In this document: positions 39,713 through 50,210 of the stretch, in pieces | Position numbering within the stretch: position 1 is the first letter of the stretch | Layout of the letters: every line of letters begins with the position of its first letter | Origin: Felis catus | Lineage: Eukaryota | Assembly (NCBI RefSeq): GCF_018350175.1 | Contig: NC_058368.1 | Coordinates: 56,980,001-57,044,000, forward strand | Direction: 5' to 3' | DNA: 64,000 nt | Program-made: the position numbers and the translations under genes | Notes under the pieces: generated by a model | Told to the model about the DNA's origin: nothing | Seen by the model: the letters and a program-made list of their open reading frames with translations, nothing else | Database searches by the model: none

Positions 39713-40887
39713 CCGTGTTTTCCAGTATGTAGACAGATACTTTAATATTTTCCTTTATTTCTCTTAATATCATAGCATTGGTTTTAGTTTCTCATTTGTT
39801 TCCTTTTTTATAGAGATATATAAACGTTGAACTCCTGCTTTTCCAAACGAAACCAGGAAAGGTAATGCTCTTCATGGTGGTATTGTTTTCTCCAAATATA
39901 TTTGAAAGAATAGCAGAACTAACAATATATAAAAAAAATAATTGTAGAATTACGATAGATAATCCTAGTCCAGAAATTTTTTTTAAATGTTCTAGATTTG
40001 AAATCTAACCTAAAGTCAACTGAAATGATTCTGTGTTGTTTCCTATTTTAAGAAGCTATTTAATACATGAGAGCTTAGTACTCAAAATGAGAGCCTATCT
40101 TCCACGGAAAAATAAGTTTTCTTTCATCTCTCAATAAACCGAAGTTTATACCTAATATCCCTAATTGAATATCCTTAATTTAGCATATATGGTTGATTTT
40201 TTAAAAAGAAAGAAAAATATCCTTGACTACTGTGACATTGACAGCTTTTTCCCTAGCTTTCTTGAAGCACAATTTTGACATTCCTTTGACCATTCCAAAC
40301 CTAGATGAGACCCTTCAGTCAGGAGTTTTACAGGAGTAGGCAAGCATGAAATTAATTTTCCAAAGTGAAGTAGCTTACAGATGCCAGAAGCTCATAACTC
40401 GGTAATACTGGTAAATCCCTAAAATAGTTCTTTAGCTTCTAGGTTGTTTCCCTGTTATTTCTCTTATGGTTTAACTGGGTGAATTCCTTCAGTTTTTGTT
40501 TTCTTACATAGAAAGAGTGGATTACACATTTTCAGAACAAGGAAGCTATTTTCCATTATTTGTGTGTGTGTGTGTCAGTTTTTGACTATAATCTTCCTCA
40601 GGAAGACCTGGTTATCCAGGCGTGCACCAATTTTTTTTAATGTTATTAGAAGAAATTTTCCTTTCAAGTTGCGTTTACAGTTGCTCCAGTCTTTCCATTC
40701 TGATTTGGTAAGGGACACTAGTACCTACAACTGATAGTCCATAGCTGTCATTTCTCCTCTAAGGAATATATATTCTGACCTCTGTGTAACATCATGGCTA
40801 ACTTCCATGTGAGGGATTATAATGCTTTATGTAACTTTCTCATTTACAGATGAACAAGTTGGGCTGACTATTGTTTAAAAATTTGTA

Positions 40888-41058
40888 GGGGTGCCTGGAT
40901 GGCTGTCGGTTAAGCGTCCAACTCTTGATTTTGGCTCAGGTCATGGTCTCACAGTCAAGAAATAGAGCCCTGCCTGGAAACCACTTAAGATTCTCTCTCC
41001 CTGTCCCTCTGCCCCTCCCCCCACTCACTCTCAAAAATAATTTTTTTTTTAAAAAAAA
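40888..41058 (+). mobile_element. CanSINE
   Basis: Head and CT tract visible. Confidence 0.9.
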
Positions 41059-41242
41059 TGGCTAATTTGGAGGTTATTAATCAAGCTTCTTCCTGTGAAT
41101 GCCCTCTCTCATCTTGATTTACATTCCACCAGCTCTGAAAAGCTAACAGATATTTTCTGTAATGGAGTATATGCTCATGGCCACAAATGAGACCCTTAAA
41201 GCATGTTGGGAATATCAGAATCTCTGCGTTAAGAATTTACAA

Positions 41243-41405
41243 GGAGTGCCTGGGTGGCTCAGCCGGTTGAACGTCAGACTTCAGATCAGGTCATGATCTC
41301 ATGTTCTTGGGTTTGAGCCATGCATGGGGCTCTGTGCTGACAGCTCAGACCCTGGAGCCTGCTTCAGATTCTGTGTCTCCCTCTTTCTCTCTGCCCCTCC
41401 CCTGT

Positions 41406-41452
<47 letters not shown>

Positions 41453-41702
41453 AATAAATAAACACTGGGGCGCCTGGGTGGCTCAGTTGGTTGAGCGTCC
41501 GACTTTGGCTCAGGTCATGATCTCACGGTCTGAGAGTTTGAGCCCCGTGTCAGGCTCTGTGCTGACAGCTCGGAGCCTGGAGCCTGTTTGAGATTCTGTG
41601 TCTCCTTCTCTCTCTGACCCTCCCCCATTCATGCTCTGTCTCTCTCTGTCCCCAAAATAAACAAACTTAAATAAATAAATAAACACTAAAAAAATTTAAA
41701 AA
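41243..41702 (+). mobile_element. CanSINE with a second SINE (41467-~41672) inserted in its tail
   Basis: Outer TSD aa(g/t)aatttacaagga; inner TSD aaataaataaacact. Confidence 0.95.
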
Positions 41703-41719
41703 TAATTTACAAGGAATTC

Positions 41720-43200
41720 CCCTTCCACTCTTCTGAAAGCACTATCAGTTCCCTTCATTACTATGGAGCCTAGTAGATAAATGGCAACCACATCCAAGTC
41801 CATCTCTTAGAGACCAGGAGTTCGTCAATCCATTCTATGTTCATTTCTCTGTTACCTTACTATGTAATTGGGATGGGCATACCTCAAGTTGCAAGAATTT
41901 TCACTTTTTCCAAGACCTGTGGACAAAGAACAAAATGGAAGAGCCAAATGGAAGCCCTAATACTACATCCCTCCACTGTGGTGGAGGTAAAAAATGAGAA
42001 GCAATAATTCATCCAGGGAGGTGGTAGAGATTAGGGTCATTCTCATAGATTTATAAAACACATTATTAATGGTTTCTATCATATCCCATTTTCCAAGAAA
42101 AAGAGCAAATTATTGCACTTTGCATCTGCTTTAAAGAACAAGGCACAGTGCTTATGGACTTCTTTGTATTCTGAGGGCTGCACATACCACATTTGGGAAG
42201 ATGGCTTCAAACTATTAGTAATAACTTGAAAAGTCTCTTCTGAGTGAGGTGCAGAGGAAGAGCAGGTTTAGAGCAGATTCAAGCTATGATGTTTATAGTT
42301 CTACCAATTAGACCATATGGCCCAGCAGATTTCAAGTTGCTAGAGGTGTCCATGATAGATAGTAATTAGTGGTGCTTTGTTATGTGTTTTGTAAGCCTAG
42401 ACTACTCTAAAGAACTGAACTGTAGTTAGACTGGTCCGTATTTCTGAGTCTGTGCCATCCTCAGCAGAAAACTCTTCCCCATGTGAAAAGCAGAGCCTGC
42501 CCTGCCCTGCTAGTGGACCCTAATAGAGACCGAATGCATAAACATGGAACAATAAGCAACTCTGCAGCTGAACTGCCCATCATGAGCTGGGTGTGGCAAA
42601 CCTGTTAAATCATGATGCTTGGTGGTCAAAGCATCAACTCACTATGCAAATGAGACAGTGTATACGTACTTGGTCTTGAGAAGGTCCAGTGGACACAAGT
42701 TAGTTGAACAAAAAGGTGGGCTGTATATCCATGTCACTCATCTCTGTTGCACTCACCCTTTAGATCATACCATAGCCCTATAGTGTTTTATGTATACCAG
42801 ATGATTGAAAAAGCAGGCAGAAAACCATAGTTTATGGATGGCTTTATTTAATCCTACCGTGCACTGATGCTCAAGGCATCACTTAGAGGTGGCCCTGCAA
42901 GACCATGTTGAGGAGAAAACTTCCCAGTAGACAGAGCTCTGAGCAGTACACGTGAACATCAACTTGGTATGGAGGGAGAGTAGCCTGAGAGAATTCCTAA
43001 GGTGTGATTGTTGTGGCTCATTGTTCAGAAGCAGAGGCCAGGAAGACTATTGGAAGATTAGAGATTATATAGCCTGGCTAGGAAGCATGTGGATGGTCTT
43101 ATGGGAGTGAGCATAGGGTTGTGTTATCTCCTATCCAGGAGGATATGCCACAGAAGAGATGCTAAAAACCATCCAAGAGAGCTCGGCCAGGCACTCATTC
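41720..43200 (+). mobile_element. Decayed ERV-L pol fragment (RT to RNase H)
   Basis: Degenerate ERV-L motifs: GRAKWKP at ~41937, HIPHLG at ~42181, FMDG at ~42831, KTSQ*TEL*AVH at ~42917, WKI...GSMWMVLWE at ~43050-43110. Confidence 0.75.
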
Positions 43201-44833
43201 TCTTCACACGAGAACTTAACTCTAAATGTTTCCAATAATTTTCCTTTTATTCTGGTCTAAAGAGAACGTATTTGCTAACCTCTGCAGTAGAAAATGATAG
43301 TTCAGCAAGTATATTTCAAACTTAAGCCTTCTTAGCTTTAATCATATAAAAAGACTAATTAAATTATTTAATTTCTCACTGTAGTTCTGCTATGGTTCCT
43401 TCATCTAACAAGGAAAACAAGAGAGGTAAACAGAGTAAAACACACATGCATACTCATACAGTAGTTTGTACTTACATGTGCAATTAAAGTCATCTTAGAA
43501 AGACAATAAAATACAATGGTCAAGATGGCGTGTGGTATGAGTGAGAAATCATGAGAGACCGAATGTTAGATTACTTTTAGGTGAGCAAGGGTCGAGTGCT
43601 TTTAAATACTATAGAACAAAGAAAGTGATTCAATAAACCTTTATCTGACATGAAGGGGACCTGTATCTATGTGTGTGGTGGGGATGAATGTCATTGAACT
43701 ACAGAGTGATGCATAAAAAACTTCCATGTAGTCATAGAAGTTTCATCAGATAGTACTGGTTACCTGTGTTTCCAGATGACTTTATGCTAAAAGTTTTTTT
43801 TTTTTTTTTTAAACTGTACTTTAGGTATAATGACCTTTGGGAAAAAGTATCCTTAATAATTTATTTCCATTGCCTTTTCAAATGTTCCATCATTTCCTTC
43901 AGGATGTTTTACCTCTTAGTATTTCTACATATGAACATAGTATATCATTATATATTATATGTAATACATATAAATATTATATAATACATAAATATAAAAT
44001 ATAAATAGGTATCTATCACATAACAAATATAAAGGTATATTTAACATGACTTATATACAATATCTAATCAGTATATTAATATTTTATAGATTCACAACTT
44101 AAGGGAGAACAAACTAATTCTTTAAAATGTTTTTATATATTTTAGTTCTTTGAGAATTTTTTTTGAGATTTATTTAAGAATATATTTTGTATATATAGAA
44201 ATAAATGAATATATTTGTGTAATAGAAACCCCTGTTTCTATGGTATGGTATATTTCCCCAATATAATTATTTAAAAAGGAGAACAACAATTTCTTTGTTG
44301 CCTGTATTTTCTTTGAGCAACATCCCAATTGGCTTATCGCACATGACAGCTAATAAACCTTAGTTCTAACTAACTGCAGTCTAATCTTCAAATACACTAG
44401 TGTCTTCATTCCTGTCAAATCTCCTGAATTTATTGCAGTAGCTGCCCAAAAGGATAGGTTAATGATTGTTGCTGAAATAAATCAGATTCTGTCACCACTA
44501 GATGCTTCAGCTAGTTTAGGTGGAGAGGAATAGAGGAGGTCACATTATGATGCAGGAAAAAAAGGTTAAGAACCTACTGCACTGTATAAATGTTACTTTC
44601 TAACATACATGAGAAGAAAACAGACACTAAAACAGACCAGGGATATCAAAAGTGATTTCTGTATAAATATGTGTCCAAGTTGTGAGTAGAAAATGTGTGT
44701 CAGTGCCTTATTTTAGACATTAATTTGGTAATATCAGTAGTTTAACCATAAAACAATTTTCCTACTAATGCTTTCTTCCATAATTCTATATTCAAAAAGA
44801 ATTTAGCAATCTTCTTGGTAAAGCAAAATATAA

Positions 44834-45061
44834 TTTTTTAAAAAAAATTTTTAAATGTTTATTTATTTTTGAGAGAGAAAGAGAGAGACAGAGCGAACCA
44901 GGGAGGGTCAGAGAGAGAGAGAGAGAGACACAGAATCCGAAGCAGGATCCAGGCTCCAAGCTGTCAGCACAGAGCCTGACGTGGGGCTCGAACTCACAAA
45001 CCGTGAGATCATGACCTGAGCCAAAGTCAGATGCCCAACTGACTGAGCCACCCAGGCGCCC
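44834..45061 (-). mobile_element. CanSINE (felid type)
   Basis: TSD aaaatataatttttt. Confidence 0.96.
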
Positions 45062-45329
45062 AAAAATATAATTTTTTAAAAAATGCCTATCTTTTTAAAA
45101 AGGTAATTGCTATGAAAAAGAAAGTAGGCAATGGGCAAAAGAAGTCTGTGTAACGTACAGTTATAAACTAGTAAAAATCATAAATGAAAATGCTCTAGAC
45201 TCTTACAAGAAATATGTAAGAGAATATAGGAGATAATACTAGATAACATCTATTGAGAGCTTTTCATGTGCCAGGCCTCTTGCCGAGCACAATAATTAGG
45301 TAATTTTTAGTTTTCTTAAAAGTGAATAA

Positions 45330-45432
45330 GGGGTACCTGCCTGGCTAAGTTGGTGAAGCATGCAACTCTTGACCTCAGGGTCATGAATTTGAGCCCCACG
45401 TTGGATGTAGAGCTTACCTAACAACAATAAAA
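45330..45432 (+). mobile_element. Short CanSINE
   Basis: ggggtacctgcctggctaagttggtgaagcatgcaactcttgacctcaggg. Confidence 0.88.
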
Positions 45433-45893
45433 CAGAGGAGTTTTTCTGTACAAATGGTATTTCTAATCCAGAATGGGACTGTTAACCATGGTTTATTATA
45501 TCACTGAGAAGAGGTGCATGAAAACACAGATCCTCTTATGTGTTCTGCTTCTTTACGCAATGAAAAGTAGAATCTACCTCCGTGTGATAGAACAAAATGT
45601 ATAGTCGGTAGTCCTGTAGCTTCAGATACCACCAGGCTATAGATCCCTGCCAGAAGCCAGCCGTAATCCATTCACAGAGCTTGTTTGCCAGACTGTGCTT
45701 CTTGATACATTGGCAGATCAGTCTGAGCCCCAGAAAGATCTACTTTTCCTGGATGCAATCTTAAATTGAAGACAGAGTATTTGCTTGCTCCACAGAGGGT
45801 GTGGAAAGCTCTGTAGTGACTCACTGTACAACCCGCCCACCCCCCCATGAAGGTACCTCTCTTTAAAGCCCAGTGTTATTAAACTCAATGTGC

Positions 45894-46106
45894 AAACTTA
45901 CAGTTAGGAAACAAGTAAGTCACAGGGATATGATATACAGCATAGGGAATATAGCCACTAATATTATAATAACTTTGTATAGTGATAGATGGTAACTAGA
46001 CTGGTCATGGTGATCATTTTGTAAGGCATTTAAATGTCAGATCACCATGTTGTACACCTAAAACTAATATAATATTGTATGTCAACTATACTTTTATTTA
46101 AAAAAG
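45894..46106 (+). mobile_element. L1 3' end (L1_Carn/L1MA-like)
   Basis: tacagcatagggaatatagcc...gatggtaactagact...tgttgtacacctaaaactaatataatattgtatgtcaactatac plus A tail. Confidence 0.85.
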
Positions 46107-46231
46107 TAAATTCAATGTGCATAATGCTCCTGAAGCTCTGAAGCTAATTAATATTGACTGATGTAGGCTGATGTAGGCTGCCCTAAGGAATTACCCTCCC
46201 TTTATACGATATAACAAATTTTGATTTTTTT

Positions 46232-46715
46232 TGATCATTCATTATTTAACAAATATGAATCAAAAGCTTCTACATATATCTTTTAAGCATTGTTTCAGGA
46301 ACTGGGGATGGAGCAACCAACAAAATACCCTCCTTTCCCTGAAGGGGTTTACATTTAAGAGGAAAACAGGGGCGCCTGGGTGGCGCAGTCGGTTAAGCTT
46401 CCGACTTCAGCCAGGTCACGATCTCTCGGTCCGTGAGTTTGAGCCCCGCGTCGGGCTCTGGGCTGATGGCTCAGAGCCTGGAGCCTGCTTCAGATTCTGT
46501 GTCTCCCTCTCTCTCTGCCCCTCCCCCGTTCATGCTCTGTCTCTCTCTGTCCCAAAAATAAATAAACGTTGAAAAAAAATTAAAAAAAAAAATAAGAGGA
46601 AAACAAAGAAGACTGGTAGGGAATGAAACTGAGGAAGTAGCAAAGGACCATCCATGGTAAAATTTGGATTTCATTGGAAAGCCGCTGAAAGTTTTCGGGC
46701 AAGGAGTTATGTGTC
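46232..46715 (-). mobile_element. L2 3' fragment interrupted by a SINE
   Basis: tcattcattatttaacaaatat...ttggaaagccgctgaaagttttcgggcaaggag. Confidence 0.55.
46369..46592 (+). mobile_element. Young felid SINEC_Fc-type SINE
   Basis: Perfect TSD taagaggaaaaca (46356-46368, 46593-46605). Confidence 0.97.
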
Positions 46716-46924
46716 TTTTTTTTTTTTTTTTTCCAACGTTTATTTATTTTTGGGACAGAGAGAGACAGAGCATGAATGGGGGAGGGGCAGACACAGACTC
46801 GGAAACAGGCTCCAGGCTCTGAGCCATCAGCCCAGAGCCTGACGCGGGGCTCGAACTCACGGACCACGAGATCATGACCTGGCTGAAATCGGACGCTTAA
46901 CCGACTGCGCCACCCAGGCGCCCC
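46716..46924 (-). mobile_element. Young felid SINEC_Fc-type SINE with no evident TSD
   Basis: Near-consensus antisense copy with a ~12-nt internal deletion. Confidence 0.97.
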
Positions 46925-47109
46925 AATGTTCAATAAATATTTTAAGTTGATGATGTATCACTCCTCAATTTTATACTGAATCCTCTCAATATGTAAGGCA
47001 ATATGCTAAGTTTTAAAAATGATGTATATTGAGAGAAGCATTCTTTCTTCAAAGAAGTTTCCAATCTAATTTGGTTTAAGAGATGAAATACATGACTATA
47101 ACATGACTT

Positions 47110-47385
47110 AATTAGGAATTGGCATTTACTGGATATCTGCTCTGTGCCAGCCACTGTGTTGTAAGTTGTTTATATGTTTTCTTCGTTAATCCTTTTTACA
47201 GGCACAAGAGGATAGAAATGTTATTATCTCCATTGTACAAAAAAAAAAAAAAAAAAAAGAAGAAAGAAAAGAAAGAAAAAAGAAACCGAGTCTTAATTTA
47301 TATAATGTGACTAAGATTTCAAGACTGAGAAATGAACTAAGACAGTCTGACTTGCCTTATTAATCATTAGGTAATAGTTGTCTCC
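47110..47385 (-). mobile_element. MIR with an A-rich insertion
   Basis: catttactggatatctgctctgtgccagccactgtgtt...ttattatctccattgtaca. Confidence 0.65.
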
Positions 47386-47439
47386 CAGGAGTTAGTGGTG
47401 TCCAGTCCTGTGATTTGCCATTAGAAAAGGGAGAACTTT

Positions 47440-47824
47440 GGGGCGCCTGGGTGGCTCAGTCAGTTAAGCTTCCAAATTGCGCTCAAGTCATGACTTTGCC
47501 TTTCGAGTTTGAGTCCCATGGCCCTGTGCTGACAGCTCAGAGCCTGGAGCCTGCTTCAGATTCTGTGTCTCCCCCTCTCTCTGACCCTCCCCCACTCATA
47601 CTCTGTCTCTGTCTCTCTCAAAAATAAATAAACTTTAAAAAATTAAAAAAAAAAAAAGTAGCGGGGGGGCACCTGGGTGGCTCAGTCAGTTGAGCATCAG
47701 ACTTCAGCTCAGGTCCTGATCTCACAGTTTGTGAGTTCAAGCCCCGCTTCGGGCTCTGTGTTCACAGCTCAGAGCCTGAAGCCTGCTTCAGATTCTGTAT
47801 CTCTTTGCCCTTCCCCCACTTGCA

Positions 47825-47864
<40 letters not shown>

Positions 47865-47891
47865 AATAATAAATAAACATTAAAAATTTTT
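47440..47891 (+). mobile_element. Two tandem CanSINEs (47440-47657, 47663-47891)
   Basis: Two heads; a single outer TSD agaaaagggaga(a/c)cttt. Confidence 0.95.
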
Positions 47892-48177
47892 AAGAAAAGG
47901 GAGACCTTTTACTGTTGGGTTCTGGGGGAAGGGTTGGTTGGGGAGAAGTGGGGGGAGTCCCTGATGGAGGTGGGCTGCTGAGGCAATATAGAAAAGAGTG
48001 AGAAAGCCATTCCAGAGGCACACTATCAGTGCCAGAGTGGAACCAGTTAAAAAAGTTAAAGCACATGGAAGAGAATATAAAATGGCAACTTCAACTTTAA
48101 AATTCCAGTTTTTTGGCATATGTGATATATGTCTCTTTCATGTATATGTTTAGGCTTTCGTTCTTTAATTTTAACTT

Positions 48178-48748
48178 TTAAAAATTTTGATTTAATCTCT
48201 ATGTCTAAAATGGGGCTTGAGGGGCGCCTGGGTGGCGCAGTCGGTTAGGCGTCCGACTTCAGCCAGGTCACGATCTCGCGGTCTGGGAGTTCGAGCCCCG
48301 CGTCAGGCTCTGGGCTGATGGCTCGGAGCCTGGAGCCTGTTTCTGATTCTGTGTCTCCCTCTCTCTCTGCCCCTCCCGCGTTCATGCTCTGTCTCTCTCT
48401 GTCCCAAAAATAAATAAACGTTGAAAAAAAAATAAAAAAATAAAATAAAATAAAATGGGGCTTGAACTTCCAACCCTGAGATCAAGAGTTTCCCAGCACC
48501 TGGTTGGCACAGTGAGCTGAGCATCTGACTTTGGCTCAGGTAATGATCACATGGTTCCTGAGTTTCAGTCCCATGTTGGACTCTGTGCTGACAGCTCAGA
48601 GCCTGGAGCCTGCTTGGGATTCTGTGTCTCCCTCTCTCTGCCCCTCCCCTGCTCACGCTCTGTCTCTCCCTGTCTCTCAAAAATAAACATTAAAAAAAAA
48701 AAATAAAAAGAGCTTCCTGCCCTTCTGAATGAGGCACCCAGGTGCCCC
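48178..48748 (-). mobile_element. Short antisense CanSINE hosting two sense SINEs (48221-48450, ~48494-48707)
   Basis: Host rejoins after removing the inserts; TSDs taaaatggggcttga and aagag(t/c)ttcc. Confidence 0.93.
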
Positions 48749-49729
48749 TAACGTTGATTCTTAAGATCAGGAGTAGTTTATCTGAGTTTTAAAATGTACC
48801 TGTATAAGTTGTTTTAGCTGATACAGTTTTATAGATTCATCTTTTTTTCAAGATTTCAACTTTTGCAAAAAGGACACTGAATACCAGGAAACAGAACTTT
48901 CAGATTGGTGCTAACCCTCCAGGATGTGTGTGTATGTGGGGAGTGGGGAGGAGTCATGGCAGAAGGGGAGGAAGAAGAAAGGTGATGAAACAGCAGGAAA
49001 TGGAGAATTAAATTCTCACATTTCAATGTTGTAAAACACCATTCTTAATGCAAAAGGTGAACATTAATTATGTGCTTAAAGTGAAGCTGTTTCTCTCTCT
49101 ATTTTTATGTCATAGTATATTGGCATATGTATTGACACATTAAAAAAATTATTTATATACTTATATACATTTATTTCTATACCTGGGTCCCAAAACACCA
49201 TGTTTGCCATCAGAGAGGGTTAGTGCCCCGCTACCTGTCTCTCCAGTCCCTTCACTGGCTTCCATCTCCTATAGAGCAAGAAGAATAAACCCAATATATT
49301 GCAAGCTGTGAACATTTTAAATGACAAGATAAATGCCAAGGGAGTATACCAGTATCAGCAGGGTGTTCCCAAATCTTAGGGTTTAAATACTTTAACCTTT
49401 AGATGCAAGTGATTCCTTATCTCTGATTGACATGTGTTCTTTAGTCTTGTTGGTTTCTTACAGTTTTTTAGCAAGTAATTTATATTTGTTCCTAAAAATA
49501 TATATGATATTATCTTAGTGCATGTAACCTTCTTTAAAGCAAATTCCTTTTTCAAGCTGGAGCTAGACTTACAGAGAGGAAAGCTCTGAGAAGAGAAGGC
49601 ATATACTGATAACTATTCATAACTGAATTTGGTCCTTATGCCTTTGAGTTTTGCAATCTTTGTCTAATGACATTAATCTTAATTTGTTACTTCCAAAAAA
49701 GTACTGTAGCAGTTACATTTTACTATTAT

Positions 49730-50210
49730 AATAGACACCACACTACAATGATGAGACACGACATGATTTATTCTTTCACATAAAAGAACCCCAAAGGTAA
49801 GCAGTTGACCGTTAGCCTAGTAGCTCTGTGCAATCAATGAAGACCGAAGCTGCTTCTGTCTTTCTGCTCTGTCATCCATAGTGAGTGATTTCCTGCAGGT
49901 TTACAAGATGGCTGTGCAGCTCCATCTCAAAGTAGTTTCCAGAAAGGAGAGGAGAGGAAGGAGAGAAAAGCAAAGAAAACCCATTACAGAATGCCTGTCC
50001 CACATTTGATTGAGGGACTTCAACAGAACCATTCAATGGTTTTACATCTATCTCAGTTGCCAGAATGAAATATGTACTCATACCAACCTGTAAGAGAAAC
50101 TTGAAAATGTAATTTTTTAATGGGTATATTTCCACCTTGAATAAAATTAGAAATCTTTCATTAAGAAGAAAAAGGAGTATGTAAATAGTGTTGGCAGCTG
50201 CTAGTCCCTG
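49730..50210 (-). mobile_element. Old MLT1 (J/K-like) LTR
   Basis: atttattctttcacataaaagaac...caagatggctg...catctatctcagttgccagaat...tacatactcataccaacctgtaagagaaacttgaaaatgtaatttt-like text. Confidence 0.6.

Noticed and set aside
43521..43530. YY1-like CAAGATGGCG
   Set aside because: Single motif with no promoter context.
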